A stretch of DNA of 64,000 nt from an uncultured Bacilli bacterium (GTDB taxonomy: Bacteria; Bacillota_I; Bacilli_A; RF39; UBA660), in NCBI GenBank assembly GCA_934162285.1, contig CAKPHY010000006.1, positions 288 to 64,287 on the forward strand. The letters run 5' to 3'. Numbering within the stretch: position 1 is the stretch's first letter; the number at the start of each line of letters is the position of its first letter. A program made the translations under genes and the position numbers. Below are positions 9,072 to 17,532 of the stretch, piece by piece. The notes beneath the pieces are model-generated. The model was not told the origin of the DNA. It searched no databases and saw only the letters and a program-made list of their open reading frames with translations.

Positions 9072-10544
9072 TTATTTAGAACTAGAACTTACAGTTTTAG
9101 AAACTCCAGTATATTTATATCCTTGCTTAATTAATGTTTGATCATTACTTGATTTACTCCATTTAATTAAAGTTTCAGCTTCTGTTTTATGATAATCACG
9201 ATAACGATAATATGTTACATCAATATATTTTGGTTCAGTAATTGCACATTTAGTACCATTTAAAGTACCTGTTTTACATGAATAATTTTTTTCTTCAATT
9301 ACTTTACCATAAACAGTAGATGAAGTTGCTTTAATACAACTATCTCCAAATAATGTATAACTTTTATCTTCGCAATATTTGTTTGAAACAGCTGTTGCTG
9401 CTTTTGTTGAAGTTGAAGTTTTTACACATTCCTTACCAACTTCATTAATTCCACTTGCAGTATATCCACTTGGACAAGTTTGACTCTTAACTACTACAGT
9501 ACCAGTTGTTGTTTTATAACATTTTTTACCACTTAATTTGTAACCATCTGTTGAACAATAATAGTAATCAATTTTAGAAACTGTTTTACAAGGCCCATCT
9601 TCACAAGTGAATGAAACCTTTACATGAGGAGTAGCATCTTTCCATGAAGTTTTTGTACAAGTATTACTACTATTATATGTATAAGAACTATCTTCACAAC
9701 CATATGTTTTATCATATCCAACATAACTATATGTTTTCTTAACACATTTAGTTCCTTCTAAAGTATAATCAGGGTAGGCATTACAATTATAATTGTAACT
9801 TACTTTAGCAGGTTTAGTATCAGTTTCATTTTTAGTTGATACACATTTTTCTCCAACTAATGTATAACCAGTTTCACATTTTTTAGTTACTGTTACATCA
9901 GCATTAATATAAGAAGTAGTAGTACCATCTTGAACTTTTTCAGTCTTAGTTTCTACTTGTCTTGTACTAGTTGCTGTTACTTTAGTTTTACTCCAACTTG
10001 ACCAGTTAGTCCAACCTTCAGTTGCAGCTTTAATTTTTTTGTATTCATAAATTGTGTATTCAGTTGTTGTAGGAGTGTTATCTTTTTCACATAAACCACT
10101 ACCACAATAATTATAACAACCTACAGTTGTTTTAATTGTTTTAGTTACACCTGAACAAGTTAATGAAATAATCATTTCATATTCTTTATCTACTTTTGTT
10201 ACTTTAACATATGAAGCTTCAGTACTACATTTAGTACCATCACTACCAATTAAAGAAACTACCATTTGCTTTTCAATCATTTCACCTAAAGTCATCATTT
10301 TAGAATCTCCGTCTTTAGATGGCATTCTTGATACTGTATAGTATTCTCTAGCAGCATCTTTCATACTAAGCAAATTTTGATTAAATAATATTTCACTTGA
10401 TAAATCAGTGTTTGTTTCATTTTTAATATTATTGTTTAAATAATTCTTTGTTGGAAACAACCACATAAGAATAAAAATAACTAATAAAATAATTAAAACT
10501 TGAGCAATAAACCCAATTATACTAAATCCATTTCTTTCTTCCAT
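9072..10544 (-). CDS. N-terminally membrane-anchored protein with Cys-rich C-x3-Y-x-L-x-G-x-x-C repeats
   Basis: 490 aa. TM segment FSIIGFIAQVLIILLVIFILMWLF. Repeated modules CETGYTLVGEKCV, YPDYTLEGTKCV, CSTDGYKLSGKKCY, CPSGYTASG, CEDKSYTLFGDSCI, CKTGTLNGTKCA. The same module occurs in the 53078-54157 product. Confidence 0.65.
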   Translation of the reverse strand: MEERNGFSIIGFIAQVLIILLVIFILMWLFPTKNYLNNNIKNETNTDLSSEILFNQNLLSMKDAAREYYTVSRMPSKDGDSKMMTLGEMIEKQMVVSLIGSDGTKCSTEASYVKVTKVDKEYEMIISLTCSGVTKTIKTTVGCYNYCGSGLCEKDNTPTTTEYTIYEYKKIKAATEGWTNWSSWSKTKVTATSTRQVETKTEKVQDGTTTSYINADVTVTKKCETGYTLVGEKCVSTKNETDTKPAKVSYNYNCNAYPDYTLEGTKCVKKTYSYVGYDKTYGCEDSSYTYNSSNTCTKTSWKDATPHVKVSFTCEDGPCKTVSKIDYYYCSTDGYKLSGKKCYKTTTGTVVVKSQTCPSGYTASGINEVGKECVKTSTSTKAATAVSNKYCEDKSYTLFGDSCIKATSSTVYGKVIEEKNYSCKTGTLNGTKCAITEPKYIDVTYYRYRDYHKTEAETLIKWSKSSNDQTLIKQGYKYTGVSKTVSSSSK

Positions 10545-10570
10545 ATTCTTTTCCCCCTTAATTGCCGCAT

Positions 10571-10598
10571 ATTATAGCATTTTTTTAAATTTTGTCAA
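10571..10598 (-). promoter_or_regulatory. Sigma-A promoter TTGACA-N16-TGcTATAAT (proximal)
   Basis: -35 at 10598-10593 and -10 at 10576-10571. The leader GCGGCAATTAAGGGGGAAAAGAAT-ATG is nearly identical to that of the 7857 gene. Confidence 0.65.
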
Positions 10599-10646
10599 AT
10601 TGTAAATTGTGGCTACGTCTATCTATTACCCCACTAAACGCCACAT

Positions 10647-10674
10647 ATTATAGCATAAAAAAGCATTTTGTCAA
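10647..10674 (-). promoter_or_regulatory. Second, tandem TTGACA-N16-TGcTATAAT promoter copy (distal)
   Basis: -35 at 10674-10669 and -10 at 10652-10647. It directly abuts the stop of the sigma factor gene. Confidence 0.55.
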
Positions 10675-10675
10675 G

Positions 10676-11293
10676 TTAAACGCTTTTTTCCAAATATTTC
10701 TTTAATTTTGACTTAATTCTTTGAAGAGCATTATCAATAGCTTTAGGATCTTTTTCAAGTAATTCAGCTATTTCTTTATAATTAAAGCCATTAATACGCA
10801 TCACAAATACTTCTTCTTCTAAATTAGTCAATTCTTTTCTAAATTCATTAGTTATATCATCAATTCTTTCCTGATCAAACAAACAAACTTCGGGATTATA
10901 ACTATTATCTCCTAAGTGATCTTCAAGTTCTAAGTCTTCATCATAAGACGCATTTAAGGACACAGATTCATTTAATAAGCGATGTTTTTGCCTATTTGAA
11001 CCTATAACAAGACTTATAATTCTTCTTTTTATACAATGTTTAGCATACGTATAAAAAGAACTATCTTTATTATCACTATATGTTTTTATTGCTGAATCAA
11101 GACCAATCATTCCCTCTTGAACTAAATCATTTAATTCTAACCCACTATTCTTTGCATATTTTATTAAATCATTAGCAATAGAATTTATTAGGGGTGTGTA
11201 TTTATCAAACATTATGTTAGACGCTTCTTCATTATTTTCACTTATATAGAATAACAATTCATTGTCTTCATAATCGCGATGCATAACAATCAC
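10676..11293 (-). CDS. sigH: Sigma-70 family sigma factor, SigH-like
   Basis: LVQEGMIGLDSAIKTYSDNKDSSFYTYAKHCIKRRIISLVIGSNRQKHRLLNESVSL parallels the Bacillus SigH region 2 pattern VQEGMIGL...F..FA..CI.R.I......RQKH..LN. The mrnC-rlmB-sigH order matches Bacillus. The start is GTG 11293 or ATG 11284. Confidence 0.8.
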   Translation of the reverse strand: MIVMHRDYEDNELLFYISENNEEASNIMFDKYTPLINSIANDLIKYAKNSGLELNDLVQEGMIGLDSAIKTYSDNKDSSFYTYAKHCIKRRIISLVIGSNRQKHRLLNESVSLNASYDEDLELEDHLGDNSYNPEVCLFDQERIDDITNEFRKELTNLEEEVFVMRINGFNYKEIAELLEKDPKAIDNALQRIKSKLKKYLEKSV

Positions 11294-11988
11294 TACTTTC
11301 TTTGATTTATAGCTTCAAATATAACAATTCCAGCAGCTACCGATGCATTTAAACTATTAACAGTTCCATACATAGGAATCGAAGCGATAAAATCACAATT
11401 TTTAATAACTACATCAGAAATTCCTGTTCCTTCATTACCAATAACTATTGCTGTTTTGCCTTTATAATCAATATCATGATAATCAACACCATTCATATCA
11501 GTACCAACTACCCAATAATTATATTTTTTTAATTCACGAATAGTATTAGCTATATTCGCAACTTGAATAATGTTAACATTCCTAGTTGTTCCAGCACTAG
11601 TATGAACAACAGTCGAATTTACATTAACACTACGATCTGTTGGAATAATAATAGCATCAACTTTAGCTGCTTCACACGTTCTAATAATAGCTCCAAGATT
11701 ATGAGGATCTTCTAGATGATCTAAAATAACTAACAAAGCGGTTTCTAAATTAAAAACTGATTGCAATTCTTTATATTTGAAATCTTCAATATCTAATATT
11801 ATACCTTGATGATTACCATTTGTCTTTTTATTCATTTCAAATTTTGGTAAATTTTCAACTACAATTTCACGTTTTTTTATTAAAGAAATTATCTCTTTAT
11901 CGTTAAAATTTTCTTGTAAATATATTTTATTTACTTTTTTTTCATTTAATAGCATTTCTTTTGCTACGTTTCTTCCATATACTAACAT
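11293..11988 (-). CDS. rlmB: 23S rRNA (guanosine-2'-O)-methyltransferase RlmB (SpoU/TrmH family)
   Basis: 231 aa. HPHNLGAIIRTCEAAKVDAIII, IVIGNEGTGIS and SLNASVAAGIVIFE are SpoU methylase motifs. Synteny with mrnC supports the call. Confidence 0.85.
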   Translation of the reverse strand: MLVYGRNVAKEMLLNEKKVNKIYLQENFNDKEIISLIKKREIVVENLPKFEMNKKTNGNHQGIILDIEDFKYKELQSVFNLETALLVILDHLEDPHNLGAIIRTCEAAKVDAIIIPTDRSVNVNSTVVHTSAGTTRNVNIIQVANIANTIRELKKYNYWVVGTDMNGVDYHDIDYKGKTAIVIGNEGTGISDVVIKNCDFIASIPMYGTVNSLNASVAAGIVIFEAINQRK

Positions 11989-11990
11989 TT

Positions 11991-12371
11991 TTATTGTTCC
12001 TTTACTATTAATTCTAATATTTTATCTAAACGATCATATTGTTTATTTACATATAAATAGCCAATAATTGCTTCAAATGCCGTTGCATATTTATAAGTTA
12101 TTATATCTGTATTTTTAGGATGTCTCGTTCCTTTATGATTTCTAGCTCGATAACAAATATCTAATTCTTCTTTAGTTAAACTATTGATGCTTATTAAATA
12201 TTCTAACTTTTGTCTTTGAGCAACAGCCGAAACATACTTAATAGCTTCATGTTGAAGATTATTAACTTTAACTATACCCTTACTTACTAAATAATTACGA
12301 ATATATAATTCATAAACAGCATCACCAATATAAGCTAAAGTTAAAGAATTATAATCGATCAAAAGTAACAC
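11991..12371 (-). CDS. mrnC: Mini-ribonuclease 3
   Basis: 126 aa. LTLAYIGDAVYELYIRNYL is the RNase III-like signature. Size and position upstream of rlmB fit. Confidence 0.85.
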   Translation of the reverse strand: MLLLIDYNSLTLAYIGDAVYELYIRNYLVSKGIVKVNNLQHEAIKYVSAVAQRQKLEYLISINSLTKEELDICYRARNHKGTRHPKNTDIITYKYATAFEAIIGYLYVNKQYDRLDKILELIVKEQ

Positions 12372-13263
12372 CTCTTATAACACCTTGTTTAATATCAAGC
12401 ATTATCAAATTAATTACTTTATCATAATCAATTTCGCCACCTTTTATCAAACATCCGCGTTTTTTGCCAATTATTTCTAAAGTTTCGATAAAGTCATCAT
12501 TAACACTATCAATACCATATCTTTCTTTTAAAATATCAGGATATAGCTCATTTAATTTGCGAAGAGCATATTCACAGACATCATAAATTGGTAAAACTTC
12601 TTCTTTTATTGCAGTAAATGTAGCTAGATTAAAAGCAACATCACCAACGTCAATTTTAGGCCACAAAATTCCTGGACTATCCAATAACTCAATTTCTTCA
12701 TTAATTCTAATCCAATTCAATTCTTTAGTTACACCTGGTTTATTTCCAACATTAACAGCTTTTTTACCAACTAAGCGATTAATTAATGTTGACTTCCCTA
12801 CATTTGGTATACCAACAACTAAAACATGAGTTTTTTTCTTTAGTAAACCTTTCTCCAATCTATTTTCATTTTGTTCTTTCATTACTTCTTCAGTTAATTC
12901 GAGTAATGGTTTCATGTTAAATGTATGTTCAAGATCTAATGCAATTACCTTATAACCTTCATTTTCATAATGTTTCAACCATTTTTTAGTTTCTATTTTA
13001 TCAGCTAAATCAGCCTTATTCATAATTAAAATTCTTGGTTTATTACCTATATAATTATCTAAATCTGGTAATTTTGAAGATTTAGGAATACGTGCATCTA
13101 CTATTTCATATACTACATCTATTAAATCAATGTTTTCTGTAATCAATCTTTTAGTTTTAGCCATATGACCTGGATACCAGTTGATACTCGTTGATGGTAA
13201 ACTTTTTTCACTAACACTATTTTTCTTTTCTGCTCTCATTTTTCTTTTTTGGTACATATCCAT
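12349..13263 (-). CDS. rbgA: Ribosome biogenesis GTPase A (YlqF/RbgA, circularly permuted GTPase)
   Basis: INWYPGHMAKT, DARIP, NKADL, then GIPNVGKSTLINRL and LLDSPGILWP. Start set at ATG 13263 (RBS GGAAGTGA). Confidence 0.9.
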   Translation of the reverse strand: MDMYQKRKMRAEKKNSVSEKSLPSTSINWYPGHMAKTKRLITENIDLIDVVYEIVDARIPKSSKLPDLDNYIGNKPRILIMNKADLADKIETKKWLKHYENEGYKVIALDLEHTFNMKPLLELTEEVMKEQNENRLEKGLLKKKTHVLVVGIPNVGKSTLINRLVGKKAVNVGNKPGVTKELNWIRINEEIELLDSPGILWPKIDVGDVAFNLATFTAIKEEVLPIYDVCEYALRKLNELYPDILKERYGIDSVNDDFIETLEIIGKKRGCLIKGGEIDYDKVINLIMLDIKQGVIRGVTFDRL

Positions 13264-13264
13264 T

Positions 13265-14314
13265 TTAATCACTTCCATTCTCTATCATTCTTGTTTCATT
13301 TAAATATCTATTATAAAATTCATCCATTGAAGAAATATATTTTTGATCTTGTATAACTCTAAATTTTTCGTATTCTTTTTCTGCTTTTTCTACGGCTTCT
13401 TTATGAGATATGCCACTATTATTTAATACTTCTTTTCTTCTAAACTTTAATAAATCATCAGTTGCATTTATCCAATCCTTCATTGTCATAACATGTCTTT
13501 GTTTTGCTTCATCTTCAGCAAATACTAAAAACATATTTGTTAAATCTTTTAAATTATTCATTTCTTCTTCGTTTAAATAATTTTTTGCAATAACTACATC
13601 ATATTTATATATTAAACCATCAGGAGAATTTTTCCAATTAGTTAGTCCCATATGTTCTTTATCTGAGTTTGCTCTACTATATATTAATTCGGCAGCAGTA
13701 TGTCCGCTTATAGCATAGTGCAACTTATTTTGAACTATTTTAAAGAAAGTATATGCTTCTTCTGACTTAGGATTGTAATCTGCTGCTGTTGCAATAAATA
13801 AATCAGTGATTTTTTGATACGCCATTCTTTCACTTACTCTGATTGTTTTGATTCGTTCTAATAATTCATCAAAATATTTTGCATCATATTTATTTCCATT
13901 TATAAAACGTTCATCATTTAATACAAATCCCTTAGTCATATATTCTTTTAATATTTTTGTTGCCCATATTCTAAATTCTGTTGCTTTTTTAGAATTAATT
14001 CTATAACCCACAGCAATTATAGCATCAAGACTATAAACTTCAGTATTATAGTTTTTTCCGTCAGGTGCAGTTATTTCCATTTTGGAAACAACTGAATTTT
14101 TATCTAATTCGTTTTCTTCAAATATATTTTTTAAATGTTTTGATATTGCTGGTACACCAACCTCGAAAACTTTTGACATACCTTTTTGTGATAACCATAA
14201 AGTTTCATCTTTATAAATAGCATCTACTATAATATTACCTTCACTATTTTTATATATAATTAATTTATTATCTTCCATTAATAATCTCCTTTCCTTTAGT
14301 TTTTCATAAGTCAT
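13265..14314 (-). CDS. RhuM family virulence/DNA-binding-like protein
   Basis: 349 aa. The N-terminal segment LWLSQKGMSKVFEVGVPAISKHLKNIF...YSLDAIIAVGYRINSKKATEFRIWATKILKEY is the characteristic RhuM family pattern. Confidence 0.75.
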   Translation of the reverse strand: MTYEKLKERRLLMEDNKLIIYKNSEGNIIVDAIYKDETLWLSQKGMSKVFEVGVPAISKHLKNIFEENELDKNSVVSKMEITAPDGKNYNTEVYSLDAIIAVGYRINSKKATEFRIWATKILKEYMTKGFVLNDERFINGNKYDAKYFDELLERIKTIRVSERMAYQKITDLFIATAADYNPKSEEAYTFFKIVQNKLHYAISGHTAAELIYSRANSDKEHMGLTNWKNSPDGLIYKYDVVIAKNYLNEEEMNNLKDLTNMFLVFAEDEAKQRHVMTMKDWINATDDLLKFRRKEVLNNSGISHKEAVEKAEKEYEKFRVIQDQKYISSMDEFYNRYLNETRMIENGSD

Positions 14315-14474
14315 ACACTTATCAATTTTAATTAAAATTTATTAAAAAATGTCCCAAAATGTAAAAAGCATTTAGTAAAATTTCTTTTATTTTCAAAGAT
14401 TTAATAGTGTTTTTTCATAACTCCCCACTTACCAATTAATACTTGTTTTATTTTGTTTTTGTTCGTTTGTTTGA

Positions 14475-14730
14475 TTATTTTTTTACTTTACCAGTTTTTA
14501 TTGGCTTGTTGATCTCAACACCCCAATCTTCTTCGCCGGAAACACTTTTGGTTGCTGATAAAATTGCTTTATCTATTACTTTTTGAAAGTTTCACCAATC
14601 CTTGTTATTCAAATACCTTTTGTAATTCACGAGCACACCAATATTCATTTTCGTAATCATCAATGGGTTTTATATTTCCAAAAGTATTGTTAGAATATGT
14701 ATTTTCAATCATCGCTCTTGCTATCTCCAT
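14475..14730 (-). pseudogene. DinD-like (DNA-damage-inducible protein D family) gene fragment with a frameshift and an in-frame stop
   Basis: Own translation: MEIARAMIENTYSNNTFGNIKPIDDYENEYWCARELQKVFE(stop/frameshift)NNKDW(TGA)NFQKVIDKAILSATKSVSGEEDW. This follows the DinD pattern YW.ARELq..l.Y..W.nF..VI.KA. It is truncated relative to full-length family members. Confidence 0.5.
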
Positions 14731-14735
14731 TTCTA

Positions 14736-15131
14736 TTAATTATAAATGGTTTTTTCAGGTTCAACACCTAATGTTAATGTAGTATAGCCTTTATTTTTTA
14801 AATCTTCTTCCATAAATTTATACAATTTAGAAAAATATCCTTTTCCAACATATTCTTTGCTAGTCCTAAAAGCAGTCAAGTATGCAGTTGTATCATCTAC
14901 TAATTTATTACTATTTTGAACAATATCGCTAGTTAATACAGCAGTGGCTTCACATATTATTTGATCATTAAGTATTCCATAATAAGGAATAATTTTACCA
15001 TTTTTATAATTCTTAATGTTTTGTTCTTTCCAAATAATCCAATTTTCTTTTTTTGTTGCTATCAATATTTCATAATCCCATTTTTTATTCATTTCTTCAA
15101 CAGTAGCAATTTTGCATATATAGTTTTCCAT
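14736..15131 (-). CDS. GNAT family N-acetyltransferase, possibly C-terminally truncated
   Basis: 131 aa. FRTSKEYVGKGYFSKLYKFMEEDLKNKGYTTLTLGVEP resembles the GNAT acetyl-CoA (Q/R-x-x-G-x-G/A) region. The ORF ends right after this, where the last GNAT strands would be expected. Confidence 0.6.
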   Translation of the reverse strand: MENYICKIATVEEMNKKWDYEILIATKKENWIIWKEQNIKNYKNGKIIPYYGILNDQIICEATAVLTSDIVQNSNKLVDDTTAYLTAFRTSKEYVGKGYFSKLYKFMEEDLKNKGYTTLTLGVEPEKTIYN

Positions 15132-15170
15132 TAATTTAACTTCCTTGTACTATCGATGTATTCATTATTT

Positions 15171-15356
15171 TTAACTTTTATTTTCATTTAGATATTTATT
15201 ATAAAGTTCATCCGTTGAAGATATATATTTTTGTTCTTGTATAACCATAAATTTTTCATATTCTTTTTCAGCTTTTTCTAATTCTTCTTTATGAGATATA
15301 CTGTCACTATTATTTAATAGTTTTTTTGTTCTAAATTTTAATAAATTATCAGATGA
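15171..15356 (-). pseudogene. 3' fragment of a second rhuM paralogue
   Basis: The minus strand reads SSDNLLKFRTKKLLNNSDSISHKEELEKAEKEYEKFMVIQEQKYISSTDELYNKYLNENKS. The intact RhuM C-terminus reads TDDLLKFRRKEVLNNSGISHKEAVEKAEKEYEKFRVIQDQKYISSMDEFYNRYLNE. There is no upstream coding continuation. Confidence 0.7.
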
Positions 15357-15437
15357 TTAAATTTAAAAATTATTCTTCAGTAATTTCAGATAAGTTTTAC
15401 ATTTGTCTATTCCTTCACTTCTTTTAGTAATTATCTA

Positions 15438-15794
15438 CTATTTTTTCCATATTCTTTCTATATTCTCTTTTTCTTTGTCTTTTAAAGAAGAAAATAAATT
15501 TATATTTAGTTTATTACAAATTGTACATAATACAATGAAAACATCTGCAACTTCGCTTTCAATTGTATCATAATTTCTAATTTTATTATTGTCAATTGAC
15601 ATTGTTGTTTTTTCTTTTCTAATAGCTTTAGCAAGTTCACCAATTTCTTCTGTTAACAATAACATTGCCTGTTCGATACTTTGATTTGAAAAGCCTCTTA
15701 TTTCAATTACTTTCCTTATATATTCCTGCACTTCCTCAAGAGTATTATCTTCTTTTAAATTTTTCCATAATTCTAATTGTTCATTATTCATCAT
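15438..15794 (-). CDS. MazG-like nucleotide pyrophosphohydrolase domain protein
   Basis: 118 aa. LLLTEEIGELAKAIRK ... ESEVADVFIVLCTICNKL matches the MazG E-x-x-E ... E-x-x-D helix pattern. Confidence 0.65.
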   Translation of the reverse strand: MMNNEQLELWKNLKEDNTLEEVQEYIRKVIEIRGFSNQSIEQAMLLLTEEIGELAKAIRKEKTTMSIDNNKIRNYDTIESEVADVFIVLCTICNKLNINLFSSLKDKEKENIERIWKK

Positions 15795-16260
15795 TTAATA
15801 CCTCACATTAATTATTCTAAATACTTTTTATTCCATTTTTTATTACTAAATTCCATAATTTTTTCATTTGGTGAAGATCTTTATCTTTTTTTCTAAAATT
15901 TAAACATTATAAACTTCTAAGAGCTACTTCTACAACTTTCTCAATTTATAAGCAAAATAAATCGTGTTTATTATATCACAAATTATCCCTTTTTAGATAG
16001 TAAAATTAGCATTAATATTCTTTAAAATAAACATATGTAATAACTGATTAATAACTTTAACAAAATATACAAATTATTCATATTAAATTTAACAAAATAT
16101 CTTATTTTTTATTCTCTTTTAAAATTATAATTATTTTTTAATAATCATTTAAATATAAAAAAGCATACACTTTTTCGTGTACACTTTTTTAGTTTCATCT
16201 TAAACTTTATTCTTAATAATATTCAATTTATTGTTAAATGTTACTTTTTGCTTAACTTTT

Positions 16261-16932
16261 TTAATTCATTATTTTATCAATAAAGAAATAAATTATTACC
16301 ATTATTAAAGATACTACTAAACCTATATAAAACTCTGGAAAAGCTAATCTTATACTATCATAGATATTAATTTTACCTGTTATATTAGAAACATGCCAAG
16401 TAAAAAAGCTATATATTTCAGATATAACTATCCCAACTACTCCTAGGCTTCCTAGAAATTTATTTATTTTTTCATTTTTTAAAGGCATCCAAATACCAAG
16501 AATAAATAGTATAATTGATAATGCTCCAATCGGATTAAATAAATTGATTAAACCGCTTATTTCTTGGACACCTCTAAGACCACCATACTGGTTCAAGAGC
16601 ATTGGTGCTAAACTCATAAAATATAAAATAGTTAAGATTACTTTTTTATTTTTTTTATCAGCATATTTTCTATAATCAATCAAAGTTTGAATTGTCAACT
16701 TAGTTGATAGTTTTTTATTTTCTATTCTTTCTCCTTTAAGTAATTCATTAATTGAAATGTTTAATGCATCACATAAAGGTTCAAATAAAGAAATATCTGG
16801 CATAGTTCGCCCATTTTCCCATCTACTTATTGATTTATCAGTAACGCCTAATTTTTCTGCTAGTTGTTCTTGAGTTAATTTTTTCTCTTTACGGCATTTA
16901 GCAATAAAAACACCTATTTTTTCTTGATTCAT
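16261..16932 (-). CDS. XRE-family HTH regulator fused to a multi-pass membrane domain
   Basis: KLTQEQLAEKLGVTDKSISRWENGRTMPDISLFEPLCDALNISINELL is a Cro/C1 HTH. It is followed by about four hydrophobic helices. Confidence 0.8.
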   Translation of the reverse strand: MNQEKIGVFIAKCRKEKKLTQEQLAEKLGVTDKSISRWENGRTMPDISLFEPLCDALNISINELLKGERIENKKLSTKLTIQTLIDYRKYADKKNKKVILTILYFMSLAPMLLNQYGGLRGVQEISGLINLFNPIGALSIILFILGIWMPLKNEKINKFLGSLGVVGIVISEIYSFFTWHVSNITGKINIYDSIRLAFPEFYIGLVVSLIMVIIYFFIDKIMN

Positions 16933-17004
16933 TTTATCCCTCTTTCCAAGAACATCTTAACTTTTTAAATTATAAATTTGTAGGACAGAACCTGAGAATT
17001 TCAG

Positions 17005-17442
17005 TTAAATATTATTATGTATATAATAAAGAGTTAAAGTTTCAACATCAAAAAAATATACTGAATAATCATCAAACTTACAATATTTAGAATTTCCTAT
17101 TTCTTTACCTTCTTTAGTTTTGATCTTAACATAATCACCTTCAGTAATTAAAGTAATGTCAAAATCATATTCTTTTTCCCGTTCTTGTGAAATCATTATG
17201 TCTTCAAAATTAACAAAATACTCTTTGATATCATCGATTTCAGTATTTGAAATAATTTTATATTCATTATTATTGATTACTACATTTTCTTTATAAACAT
17301 ATTTAGCATAATCAGTATAATCTTGAAAATTACTACTAAAATATTCATTTTTAGATATATATCCTTTAGGTATATCCGAAACTTTTGCTGCACAACCAAT
17401 TAAGAAAAATGTAATAAATAGTGTTTGCCATATTTTTTTCAT
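17005..17442 (-). CDS. Putative lipoprotein
   Basis: 145 aa. Signal with lipobox FFLIGCAAK. Own TATAAT and AGGAGG signals upstream. Confidence 0.55.
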   Translation of the reverse strand: MKKIWQTLFITFFLIGCAAKVSDIPKGYISKNEYFSSNFQDYTDYAKYVYKENVVINNNEYKIISNTEIDDIKEYFVNFEDIMISQEREKEYDFDITLITEGDYVKIKTKEGKEIGNSKYCKFDDYSVYFFDVETLTLYYIHNNI

Positions 17443-17490
17443 AAATCCTCCTAAACGTTTATATTGTTATTATAACATAAAAAAGTTTTT

Positions 17491-17516
17491 AAAAAAAATA
17501 GGCTTATAAAAGCCTA
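17491..17516 (-). terminator. Intrinsic terminator closing the 21963-17533 operon
   Basis: Minus strand TAGGCTT-ttat-AAGCCTA followed by eight T. Confidence 0.7.
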
Positions 17517-17532
17517 CTTGTTATAATATAAT

